Shown piece by piece: positions 39,889-51,386 of a DNA stretch of 64,000 bases; the stretch's first letter is position 1, and each line of letters starts with the position of its first letter. The stretch lies in NCBI GenBank assembly GCA_951406725.2, contig OX597824.1:22382001-22446000 (forward strand), written 5' to 3'. The DNA is from Octopus vulgaris (taxonomy: Eukaryota). Below the pieces are notes generated by a model that did not search any database, was not told the origin of the DNA, and saw nothing but the letters and a program-made list of their open reading frames with translations. Position numbers and translations under genes: made by a program.

Positions 39889-40397
39889 CAGGGCCATCAC
39901 TAATCCCCTGCAAATAGAACAACAATTAAACTATGTTAACTGAAGATTTCAAGAAATAAAATGGTAATACATTGTACCTGCAAAAGTTCTTGTTAAAATA
40001 TTGCATTGTACCACGAACATGTACCAGACTTTATGGATTTTCTATACCTATTGAACTTGAACTTAGCTCTCAGCTTGTTTAATCTGAACTGATTGATGAT
40101 TTCATGAAGCCAAAAGTGTGCTGTGTTTGTTTTTGAAAGTTGTCTGGATTATAAAAGTACTCTTTTATTCATATCTGGAACTTTCACTTATTGAAATTTG
40201 TAATAGTACTAAATAAATTTAACTTGTTGTACTTGAAAAATATTCTTTAGTTTAACGCGAAATATTGAACTTGAGATAGAATAAAGTAAAATATAGCTAT
40301 GAATAAAAAGGTGCATAGATTATGAATTTTGATTGAAGGGATGGGACCTCAAAACAAAAAGTTGCAGGGAGCCCCTAAAAGTCACGCGATGGAGCTG
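39889..40397 (+). mobile_element. hAT deletion derivative
   Basis: CAGGGCCATCAC / GCGATGGAGCTG TIRs; 8-bp TSD GGCAG(A/G)GT; remnant IELELSSQLV*SELIDDF resembles the hAT C-terminal dimerisation region. Confidence 0.7.
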
Positions 40398-40771
40398 GGC
40401 AGGGTATCAAAGTGAATAATGTATTAGACTATCAATTGACTGATCTTGATTTCAAATCCTCTTTGAGTCTACCATTGTGTATTTGATGCTTTTGCCAAAA
40501 TACCTTGGTTTACTATATATATTTGGATTATCAGATAAATTCATTCATTTCTTTACCATTTATCTTAATCCTTTCCAATGTTACTTGAATTAACATGAAA
40601 AATATATTTATTTTAGTATTCTGTGGTATTTTGGTAGCTCTATTCTTCCTCTGCAACATTTATTTATTGGTTTTGAAATTTTAATAAATTTTACCTCTTT
40701 TCAGAGAATTCAAACAAAATGATACAAAACAGAATGGTCAAAAACATTACTAGTTTGGTATATGTAGTATC

Positions 40772-40804
<33 letters not shown>

Positions 40805-40954
40805 CATACATATACACATATATATACAAACATATATAGGTTCAGATGAATATGGTACTTAAGTTGAGGCACCAGAATTTAGTACAGTATTATCTATACA
40901 ATTTCAAAGTAAGGTAGTTAAAATCAAAATAAGCAACAAGGATATCCAGAGGTA

Positions 40955-41043
40955 ATGCAGTACAATCGTTTCATGCAACTCCATTTAATTGAACAACGCA
41001 ATCATTACATCAATTTAAAATGCAGAGCAATCTTCAGTTGCAC
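40955..41043 (-). ncRNA. Minimal hammerhead ribozyme motif
   Basis: GTGCAA-CTGAAGA-long stem II-GAAAC-GATT-GTA-CTGCAT. Confidence 0.65.
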
Positions 41044-41209
41044 AAAGACATAGAATTTAATTAAATTAGAACAGATGGACATATTAGTATAATTATACCT
41101 TAAATCTCCAAGAAGTTAAGGAGATAGACAAAGAACATGCTATCTCAACTCCAGTTTAGAAGTTACTAATATGTCCATCTGTTCTAATTTAATTAAATTC
41201 TATGTCTTT

Positions 41210-41298
41210 GTGCAACTGAAGATTGCTCTGCATTTTGAATTGATGTAATGATTGTATTGTTCAATTAAATGGAGTTGCATGAAGCGATCGTACTGCAT
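41210..41298 (+). ncRNA. Hammerhead ribozyme motif, core mutated (GAAG)
   Basis: GTGCAA-CTGAAGA-stem II-GAAGC-GATC-GTA-CTGCAT; probably inactive. Confidence 0.5.
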
Positions 41299-41320
41299 TA
41301 CCTCTGGATATCCTTGCTGC

Positions 41321-41351
<31 letters not shown>

Positions 41352-41669
41352 AATATTTGTGATGCATCATAATACCATGGGCCATTTATTGGTTGTGCAT
41401 GCTACATGATGAAAAGTTGATTGGACACTCCATGTGTATGTAATTTGATAATTCTCCAGCATAGAACAGCTTGATCAACATGTATCATCATATGCAAATG
41501 ATATTCATTAGCCTGCAGTTAATTATCATAGACTCCATTAACTCAGTTACAACCACAGTTTTTATTAACCCTACCGTTATCCCACATTTTCACTGAGCTT
41601 ACACTAATTAGTTAGTTCTCTCCATGTCATGATGCTGTAACATGATCTCCCTAACCAGCTTTGTTTTCT

Positions 41670-42108
41670 TATTTCTTTACTGCCCACAAGAGGCTACACA
41701 CAGAGGGGACAGACAAAAAGATTAAGTTAATTATATTGACCCCAGTGCGTAACTGGTACTTATTTAATCGGCCCCGAAAGGATGAAAGGCAAAGTCAACC
41801 TCGGCAGAATTTGAACTCAGAACGTAACGACAGACGAAATACCTATTTCTTTATTGCCCACAAGGGGCAATATTTTCTTTACGAAATACCTATTTCTTTA
41901 CTGCCCACAAGGGGCTACACACAGAGGGAACAAACAAGGACAGACAAACGGATCAAGTCAATTATATCGACCCCAGTGCATAACTGGTACTTATTTAATC
42001 AACCCTGAAAGGATGAAAGGCAAAGTCGACCTCGGCGGAATTTGAACTCAGAATGTAGCAGCAGAAGAATTTCGCCTGGCATGCTAACATTTCTGCCAGC
42101 TCGCCACC
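41670..42108 (-). mobile_element. SINE B dimer
   Basis: TSD-like AGCTTT(TT)GTTTTCT on both sides. Confidence 0.8.
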
Positions 42109-42207
42109 TTGATAAGCTTTTGTTTTCTACCATTGTTCTGATCTCATACCAGCTTCTCACTCTTTTCATCTCCTTTTATTGTCATTGGTCCTTTGCCATG
42201 TGGTTTT

Positions 42208-42705
42208 AATAATAATGAAATTATTGTATACAGTGCTCAGGTGCACCACAACTTGTCAAAAGTGCATATAAAGTATATGCAGTAATGTACAAATGTCTGG
42301 AAAGCGAACAGTGTATGAGTCAGATACATGCTTGCATGTGTATGGGGGGGGGAGAAAATCAGGTATAGTGTTGGTGAATCTCAGGAAGCATGGAAGTTTT
42401 GAAGAATGAAGTGCTCCGACAACTAACAACTGATGCCGGCAGTTTGTTCCATGCTTCAGCAACTCTTAGCGTGAAAAAATGTTTCCAAAAGTCATGAGAG
42501 CTGTGCTGTTTTCTGACTTTGTAAACATGTCCACGAGTGTTAAACAGGTGGAATTTGAAAAGGTGCTCAGAGTTATTGTTTGTAAGATGGTTAATAATTT
42601 TATGGGTGTCTGCCAAGTCAGCTGCCAGACGTCAGAGTTTCAATGTATCCATGCGCAGGGAAGTAAGGCGTTCAGAATATGGCAAATGCCTGATGGAGGG
42701 TATTA
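42208..42705 (-). mobile_element. CR1-clade LINE 3' fragment
   Basis: HLPYSERLTSLRMDTLKL*RLAADLADTHKII...NTRGHVYKVRK...FFTLRVAEAWNKLPASVV..FK is the canonical CR1 ORF2 C-terminus; (ATT)n tail. Confidence 0.9.
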
Positions 42706-44150
42706 GAACACCCTGCTGCTCTTTTCCCCTTAGTTTATCACTTTAGTGCCACCATACAATCAGTTTCTTGATCTTATCTGAAGACATGCCCAATCCAGTT
42801 AACACTACTACTCTGCCTTCTATCCAACATTTTCACTCTCTTAATGCTGGTGCTCTACCTTTTTTTATCCAACATTTTTTACTGGGTTATCAGTAGTAAG
42901 AAACTAGACTATGACAATCTAATGTCTTCATGCAACATAATTATTTAGAAAGACATTGAAGATAAAACAAAAAAAAAAGAAGCATAAAAAAATGATTACA
43001 CCAAGGGATTGTAACGTGAAAAATGTGAAAAACGAAAAAAAAAAGTTTGCTAAAGAAATATCAATGAAAGAAAAAAAGTTTATAAAAAAAATCAATATTG
43101 AGATCTTGCTAGATTACACAACACCAATGAAGCTAGTTTAGTAATACTCAGATCAATGCTGCTTCACTGTTCAACTACAGCACTTTTGCAATTTGGACTT
43201 AAATGCTTTTTTTTCTTTTCAGCTTTAATTGTGTAACAACATTAGATTGCAATTAAATTAAACATGTTTTATATAACTAAACATGTTTTATATAAATTAG
43301 TAATGATTTAATGTGTGACATTCAGAGTGGTTATCAAGTTCATACCTAGGAAACATTATTGTTCTTTTCTTTTTAACATTCTATCTATATTTTTTTTATT
43401 TTTTTTATTTTTTATATTTTTCTGGAATCATTGCAAGAACGCTAATTGATGTTTTATTGCATCCATTTTTTTCCTATATCATCTTTTTTTGAATTATATA
43501 CACTTTATCTTTCTGTTTTATCATCTTTCATCTTTTTCTTTGATCTTTTTTACTTGTTTCAGTTATTAGACAGACAGTGGCCATGCTGGGGCAGCACTTT
43601 GAAGAGCTTTCAGTCAGATCAACTGACGAGGTAATTATTTTTGTTTTTTTTTAAAGCCTGGTACTTATTCCATCAGTCTCGTTTGCTGAACAGCTAAGTT
43701 ATGGAGACATAAACACATCAACGCTGGTTGTCAAGTAGTGGTGGGGAATAAATACAATTATAAAGATACACACACACACACAGACGAAACACATGCATAC
43801 ACACACACAGATATATATACATGTATATGTATACAACAGGTTTCTTTCAATTTCCCATCTACCAAATCCACTCGCAAGGCTTTGGTTCGCCTAAGGCTAT
43901 AGTAGAAGACACCTGACCAAGGTGCCATGCAGTGGGACTGAACCTAGTACCATGTAGTTGGGAACCAAGCTTCTTACCACACAGCCACTCCTACGCCTGT
44001 ATGTATATCATCATTATCATCACCATCATCATCACCAACCTCATTGTCTGCACCTGTATATATTTATATATATATATATATACACATACAAACATGGCAT
44101 ACATATATATATATATGTGAGTGTGTGTGTGTGTGTTTGTGAGTATATAT

Positions 44151-44319
44151 ATGGATCAATATAGTTTGATTCAAAATTCGTGGTACTTCAAGTTTCAAAA
44201 TGTAATGCTAATCTTCAGCCATTGAAAATTTGAATTTCAAATTTCCAATGGGTGAGGATTAGCATCATGCTTTGAAAATTGAAATGCCACAGAATGTGAA
44301 TCAAACTGTTTTAATCCAT
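44151..44319. repeat. ~170-bp imperfect palindrome
   Basis: ATGGAT...GAAAATTTGAA-T-TTCAAATTTCC...ATCCAT, with essentially no loop. Confidence 0.8.
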
Positions 44320-44394
44320 TCATGTAACTCCCAATAAATGTGCTGAGTGCCCTTCTTTCATTTGTCCACCTACTTGCGTGTATATATATATGTA

Positions 44395-44426
<32 letters not shown>

Positions 44427-44484
44427 ACTTAGATATATTTCAACCAAAGGTTGGCCAAGTCCATGTCTAACTTAACAGCACCAC

Positions 44485-44527
<43 letters not shown>

Positions 44528-44623
44528 CAAATTTTCAGAAAGCAAAAGATGAAGACAGATGTAGGAACAACAAGCAGGTGTTTAACACTCAGGAAGAATA
44601 AAAAAAGTCTTTTATATTTCGAG

Positions 44624-44660
<37 letters not shown>

Positions 44661-44953
44661 GAATATATGATGAAGGGTCCTTTCCTTTCTCTGTGTTTAC
44701 TTGTCCTGTTTTCCATTCTTTTCTCATTGTTTATGTATTTAACTTGTTTGTTTACATATTTCATGTTATTTGCACTATTGGTGACATCCTGTACCCATAT
44801 ATCCATGTATATATCTGTTCGTGTATATATATATATGTGTGTGTGTGTGTATTATGTATGTATGTTCGTATGTATGTATATATGTATTATTATTATTACT
44901 ATTATTATTATTATTATTTATTCAGTTAAACTGATGAAAGTCACAAATCATTA

Positions 44954-45094
44954 TTAGGTTGTCCCAAAAGTTCGTAAACACTTGCGAAAATTGAAATTTT
45001 ACTCGCCAAGTACTAACAAAAACAACAAAAATTATTCCTCAAAATAAAGACCATTATTTTCCAAGACTTTCTACGAACTTTTGGGACAACCTTA
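44954..45094. mobile_element. Mariner-type MITE
   Basis: TA|TTAGGTTGTCCCAAAAGTTCGTA...TACGAACTTTTGGGACAACCTTA|TA. Confidence 0.85.
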
Positions 45095-45185
45095 TATTTA
45101 CGAACACTTTTCACATATTAATTGCAATAAATATTTTTTAAGAATATAAAAAAACAATGAAAGTCTGGAAGCTGCCATGTGGGAT

Positions 45186-45567
45186 GGAAGCACTCCCTCG
45201 GTTACGACGACGAGGGTTCCGGTTGATCCGAATCAATGGAACAGCCTGATCGTGAAATTAACGTGTAAGTGGCTGAGCACTCCACAGACACGTGTACCCT
45301 TAACGTAGTTCTCGGGGATATTCAGCGTGACACAGAGAGGGACAAGGCCGGCCCTTTGAAATACAGGTACAACAGAAACAGGAAGTAAGAGTGAGAGAAA
45401 GTTGTGGTGAAAGAGTACAGCAGGGATCACCACCATCCCCTGCCGGAGCCTCGTGGAGCTTTAGGTGTTTTCGCTCAATAAACACTCACAACGCCCGGTC
45501 TGGGAATCGAAACCACGATCCTATGACCGCGAGTCCGCTGCCCTAACCACTGGGCCATTGCGCCTCC
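45186..45567 (-). mobile_element. SINE family D (tRNA-derived), full length
   Basis: GGAGGCGCAATGGCCCAGTGGTTAGGGCAGCGGACTCGCGG...GGTTTCGATTCCC head. The 3' half is shared with the older copy at 13130-13430. Confidence 0.85.
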
Positions 45568-46541
45568 ATGTATAGACTGCCATGTATAGACTGTGAAACT
45601 GATAATAATTCAGCAGAATGTAAAATTATGAATATTTAAACATAAAAATTGTATATCGTTTACATTACATACAAACAGGCAGAACACATGAACATACATA
45701 CATACATACGTGAACAGACAGACATGCAGACGGGTAGATAAGCAGATGGCTAGATATAGTAGTACAGGTATTGTCACAGAGGTGTCTGTAAATCCAAATG
45801 GGTACTCAATGCATTTGAAGGTGTGGGTGGGAGTGTGTGTGTGTCTGTGTGTATCTGTGTGTTGTGTGTATGTGCATGTGTGTTGTGTGTTGTATGTGTG
45901 TGTTGTGTATGTGTGTGTGTATCTCTTATCTTTTACTTATTTCAGTCATTTGACTGTGGCCATACTGGGGCACCACCTTAAAGAATTTAAGTTGAACAAA
46001 TCGACCCCAGTACCCTTTCTTTAAAGCATGGTACTTATTCTATTGGTCCCTTTTTGCTGAACCACCAAGTTACATGGACATAAACACAGCAACACAAGTT
46101 GTGAGATGGGTGACAAACACACACACACACAAATACACACACACATACACACACATGACTTTGGGTTCAATCCCTCTGCATAGCACCCTTCTGCTGTAGT
46201 CTCAGGCTGACTAAATCTTTGTGAATGGATATGGTAGATAGAAACCGAAAGAAGCCTGTTGTATATGTATGTGTGCGTATTTGTTTGTCCCTCACTACCT
46301 CTTGACAACAGCTGTTGGTGTGTTTACATCCCTGTGACTTAGTGGTTCAGCTAAAAGAGACCAATAGATTAACACCAGACTTTAGATATATAGGTGCTGA
46401 GGTTGATTTCTTAAACTAAAATTCTTCCAGGCAGTGCCCCAGCATGGCCACTATCCAATACCTGGAACATGTAAAAGATAAAAGATAAAATATTTCTCTC
46501 TCTCCCTATCTCTCTCTCTCTCTCTCCCTCTTTCCTTTTCT

Positions 46542-46957
46542 TATTTCTTTACTGCTCACAAGGGGCTACACACAGAGGGGACAAACAAGGACAGACAAAT
46601 GGATTAAGTCGATTATATCGACCCCAGTGCATAACTGGTATTTATTTAATCGACCCTGAAAGGATGAAAGGCAAAGTCAACCTTGGCGGAATTTGAACTC
46701 AGAACATAACGGCAGATGAAATACTTATTTCTTTACTACCCACAAGGGGCTAAACACAGAGAGAACAAACAAGGACAGACAAACGGATTAAGTCGATTAC
46801 ATCCGTCCCAGTATTCAACTGGTACTTATTTAATTGACCCTGAAAGGATGAAAGACAAAGTCGACCTCGGCGGAATTTGAACTCAAAATGTAACGGCAGA
46901 CGAAATACCGCTAAGCATTTCGCCCGGCGTGCTAACGTTTCTGCCAGCTCGCCGCCT
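46542..46957 (-). mobile_element. SINE B dimer
   Basis: Full head plus two bodies; TSD-like TTTCC(T/C)TTTCT. Confidence 0.85.
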
Positions 46958-47001
46958 TACACTTTCCCTTTCTTGCTCTTTCTTTCTTTCTTTCTCCATT
47001 G

Positions 47002-47067
<66 letters not shown>

Positions 47068-47883
47068 ATCTCTGTCTTTCTGTGCTCTTCTTTTGTAGTT
47101 GGATTTCAGAACTTCTCTTAGTTTTTCAAAAAGTGACCATCACCGCTTGTCATTGGTTGTCTTGCTAATCAAAGGCGATGGCACTCATTCAACCAGTCAA
47201 TGGTGTTGCATTGTGGTTCTTGGATGTAAATATTCTTCATGCTCAATGGCACCGGTCCAGCTCACTGCATGGTTACTTTTACTCTTACAGTTTGACATCA
47301 AATGTAACATGGAGCACATGGGGTGATGGACACATTGGTTGTGATGATGATGATGATGGAGATGATAGCTGTGGTGGTGGTGGTAGTGATAATGACGATA
47401 GTGATGGTGATGAACACGATGATGGCGAAGCTGATGCTGATGATAATGATGATGACAATGGCGAAGCTGATGATGATGATAACGATGATGATGATGATGA
47501 AAAATGGTGACAACAACGATGCTGATTGGTGACTTTGATAATGGGATGATTGAGATATTATTAGTAGTGGTGGTGGCAGTGATAATAAAGATGATGATGA
47601 TGATGGTGATGGTGATGATGATGATGATGATGATGATTATGATGGTGATAATGATGGTGGGGTGAGAACAATGATGATGTTGATGAGAAAGATGATAGTG
47701 GCGATGATGATGGTTTTTACATGTTCATGTATGTTGTGTGTGTGTGTGTGTGTGTGTGAGTGCATATGCATATGTATATGTGTATGTGTTTGCGTGCATG
47801 TGTACGTGTGTGAGTGTTTTCTGTTTTACCTTTTACTAGTTTCAGTCAGATGTATTAGTATAAAGCTCAGGAATTGAAAAAGT

Positions 47884-47919
47884 CTTTTACATTTCGAGCC
47901 TACGCTCTTCTACAGAAAG
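47884..47919 (-). ncRNA. Ultra-minimal hammerhead-like motif (variant core)
   Basis: CTTT-CTGTAGA-A-GAGC-GTAG-GCTC-GAAA-T-GTA-AAAG. Stems I and II are perfect; the core CUGUAGA deviates from CUGANGA. Truncated relative at 44527-44625. Confidence 0.4.
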
Positions 47920-48415
47920 GGACACAGAAAAAACAAGGAGAGAAAAAAAAATGTGTGTAGTGGCTAACGATCTGTGCATGTGTATATCTGTGTGTGTGTT
48001 TGTGTGTAGGAGTGGCTGGCTGTGTGATAAGAAACTTGATTCCCAGCCACATGGTTCTGGGTTCAGTCCCACTGTGTGGCACCTTGGGCAAGTGTCTTCT
48101 ACTATAGCCTCAGGCCAACCAAAGAATTGTGAGTGGATTTGGTAAACAGAAACTGAAAGAAGCTCGTAGTGTGGGGGGGGGGGGCATAATTGTCACTGAT
48201 TACAAACAAAGTCACCATTTATGTGAAAGTGATGTCATTTATTTGCAGTCTTCCATAAAAATATGCCCAAATCATGCTCGAGGGAGTAGGGGAAATATCC
48301 ACCTTGCTTAGTAACAGGGAACTGGAAGAGCATCTGAACTTAGAAAATTTATTTCAAAGACGTTTGTCTGATCTATGCAAGTATGGAGATATAGACATTT
48401 AAACAATAATAATGT

Positions 48416-48854
48416 TTCCAACTGTTAAAATTGCTGTTATTATTGTTGACAATAATGTCAGAAAACACCATAGAATGTGATTAAATGACTCGTTTATATT
48501 TCAAAATGTCAAAAGAAATTTTGAGTTTAACAGCCAATTTAAAGAAAAAAATAATATAAATGAAGAATTGAATTTTCTAATACTCATTAGAATTTTTATT
48601 GCTATAGCTGAGTGTTCTCTCATTTAGCAATAATACAAACCTTATAAAGATTCTATTTAATACAGACAGTGATATTGGCTTGAAAGAAATAGAAAATGCC
48701 AATAATTATACAAGAGATAATAATGTCGCAAATGAATTACAAAATTCTGTTGATGTCAACGTTTTACTCTGCTGTGAAAAAAATGAAACAGTTAAAAATA
48801 ACAGAAAATTCTAATTCTTAGATTAAATTTTTAGATTAATCTCTTGCTTAGTTA
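48416..48854. repeat. ~440-bp AT-rich module, copy 2
   Basis: Direct duplicate of 10172-10610. Confidence 0.9.
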
Positions 48855-48870
48855 AATATTATATATATAT

Positions 48871-49269
48871 ACTCTTTTACTTGTTTCAGTCATTTGACTG
48901 CGGCCATGCTGGAGCACCGCCTTTAGTCAAGCAAATCGATCCCGGGACTTATTCTTTTGTAAGCCCAGTACTTATTCTATCGGTCTCTTTTGCCGAACCA
49001 CTAAGTGACGGGGACGTAAACACACCAGCATCGGTTGTCAAGCAATGCTAGGGGGACAAACACAGACACACAAGCACACACACACATACATATATATATA
49101 CATATATACGACAGGCTTCTTTCAGTTTCCGTCTACCAAATCCACTCACAAGGCATTGGTCGGCCCGGGACTATAGCAGAAGACACTTGCCCAAGATGCC
49201 ATGCAGTGGGACTGAACCCGGAACCATGTGGTTGGTTAGCAAGCTACTTACCACACAGCCACTCCTGCG

Positions 49270-49272
<3 letters not shown>
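48871..49272 (-). mobile_element. SINE family A
   Basis: Full-length young copy. Confidence 0.9.
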
Positions 49273-49309
<37 letters not shown>

Positions 49310-49535
49310 CATATAAACACACACATATATATATATGTGTGTGTGTGTGTGTATATATATAAATAACTGAAGGATTAAAATTAATCAAAGGGCATACTAA
49401 GTATGTCTACCTGCTGGAAATGACAGTCAAAACTCTTATTTAAGTCACCAAAATACACTGATAATAACTACACAAATCAACCAAAGGCAGATCAGGTTAA
49501 TAAAATCTCTTAATGTACATTTAAGTATTTGGATT

Positions 49536-49590
49536 CACGTGGACTGGTTTCTGCACTGGCAAAAAATAGCCTGAGCTTCTTCAGCACACG
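49536..49590 (-). ncRNA. Minimal type I hammerhead ribozyme motif
   Basis: CGTGTG-CTGAAGA-AGCTCAGGCTATTTTTTGCCAGTGCA-GAAAC-CA-GTC-CACGTG. Confidence 0.65.
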
Positions 49591-50188
49591 TTACCATGAT
49601 AGAGACCCCCAACCTATCGTTTTGAAGTCTGCCCCACAACTGATCCATTTTGCGCTGAAATCAATTATAGTCACCAGTGAGGAAATAATCCCAATACAAG
49701 GGCAAACAATTCATGAAGAAAATAATTCCTGAAAAATTAATTTGCTAAGATATTAATTTTGTTATTATCTAGAATGAATATTTTTAAATGTACGTTTGGA
49801 GATTTTATTATCCTGGTCTGCCCTCGGTTGATTTCTGTAGTTATTATCAGTGAATTTTGGTGATTTAAAGAGTTTTGACTGTTATTTCCAGCAGGTAGAC
49901 ATATTTAGTATGTCCTATGATTAATTTTAATCCTTCAGCTATTTAATGCTTTTCTTGGCCTGTAATCACCTATATTATTGATTCTGTTATTATCATTTTT
50001 TTAAATATTAATACTAGATAATAATATCTTAACAAATTAATTTTTGGGGAATTATTTTCCTCATGAATTGTTTGCCCTTGTATTGGGATTATTTCCTCAC
50101 AGGTGGCCGCAATTGATTTTGGCGCAAAATGGATCAGTTGTGGCGCAAACTTCAAAACGATAGGTTGGGGGGTCTCTATCATGGTAAC

Positions 50189-50241
50189 GTGTGCTGAAGA
50201 AGCTAAGGCAATGTTTTGCCAGTGCAGAAACTAGTCCACAT
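50189..50241 (+). ncRNA. Minimal type I hammerhead ribozyme motif
   Basis: GTGTG-CTGAAGA (50194-50200)-[GGCAA/TTGCC hairpin]-GAAAC-TA-GTC-CACAT; palindromic ACTAGT stem III. Confidence 0.7.
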
Positions 50242-50881
50242 AAGAGACTTTATTATCCTGATTTGTGTAGTTATCATCAGTGTATTTTGGTGATTTAAAT
50301 AAGAGTTTTGATTGTTATTTCCAGCAGATAGACATACTTAGTATTCCCTTTGATTAATTTTAACCCTTCAGCTATTTAATGCTTTTCTTGTATAAATAGT
50401 ACATGAGAAAATTTGTTGCACAACTTAGAGACTAGTATTTTTTATTTTAGTATATTTACGAGCTATTTGTGTATATGTAGAACAAGTGGGAAAAAAATCG
50501 CACCCCTCCCCTCAAAAAGAAAGAAAAATGTATACAGTGTCAAGAAACATAAAAAAAAACTTTAAATGAAGAAATTTAATTTTGATTATTTAATGCTTTT
50601 CTTAGTCCTACAGTCACCTATATTATTGATTGTTATTATAATTTTTTTTAAATAGTCATAATAGATAAAAAAATTAACAATATCTTAGCAAATTAATTTT
50701 TCAGAAATTATTTTCCTTGTGAATTGTTTACCCTTCTATTGAGATTTTATATATATACAAACATATATTCAGATGAATATGGTACTTAAGTTGAAGGCAC
50801 CAGAATTTATAATGGTATTATCCATACAATTTAAAATAAGGTGATTAAAATCAAAATAAGAAACAACGATATCCAGAGGTA

Positions 50882-50970
50882 ATGCAGTACGATCGTTTCA
50901 TGCGACTCCATTTAATTGAACAATGCAATCATTACATCAATTTAAAATGTAGAGCAATCTTCAGCTGCAT
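50882..50970 (-). ncRNA. Minimal type I hammerhead ribozyme motif (best preserved)
   Basis: ATGCAG-CTGAAGA-long stem II-GAAAC-GATC-GTA-CTGCAT; perfect 6-bp stem I, palindromic loop III, intact core. Confidence 0.75.
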
Positions 50971-51386
50971 AAAAATATAGAATTTAATTAAATTCAAAGG
51001 ACTCATTAGTATAATTTTATCCAAAATCACCAAGAGGGTAAGGAGATAGACAAAGAACATGTTTTACAAACAACATCACAATTGTAAACTGAGATTTTTC
51101 CAAAAAAGACACTGCTTATCACTGATTATTTCTGATATTTAGATTTAATTAAGGGGTGGGGGTTCAGTTTTAATTTATAGGCTAGTTTATCAAATCTGAT
51201 GTATACAAATATATATGTATAGATGTGTGTGTGTATATATGTGTATGTATGTATATGAGTATGTATGTATATATATATATATAAACACACATATATACGC
51301 ATGGATATGTGTATATGTGTATATATATATATATAAACACACATATATATGCATGAACGTGTATGTGTGTGTGTGCGTGTGTGTAT

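Larger units (their letters stand above)
40820..41326. mobile_element. (TA)n-embedded element with inverted partial duplication (Penelope pLTR-like)
   Basis: 40927-41090 is inverted at 41164-41326, and each arm carries a hammerhead motif. Second family copy at 50768-51120; fragment at 53712-53780. Confidence 0.8.
49361..50748. mobile_element. Inverted-plus-tandem array of a ~450-bp hammerhead-containing unit (Penelope pLTR/retrozyme-like)
   Basis: Blocks X (49361-49510), Y (49533-49760), rcX (49797-49950), rcY (49950-50241), rcX (50245-50390) and partial rcY (50587-50748); flanked by TA runs. Confidence 0.8.

Noticed and set aside
45490-45567. tRNA gene
   Set aside because: The tRNA-like sequence is the head of a SINE; it continues into the SINE body and has no proper acceptor stem.
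47178-47510. 110-aa ORF with acidic Asp tail
   Set aside because: The tail is a (GAT)n microsatellite and the N-terminal part has no recognisable features.
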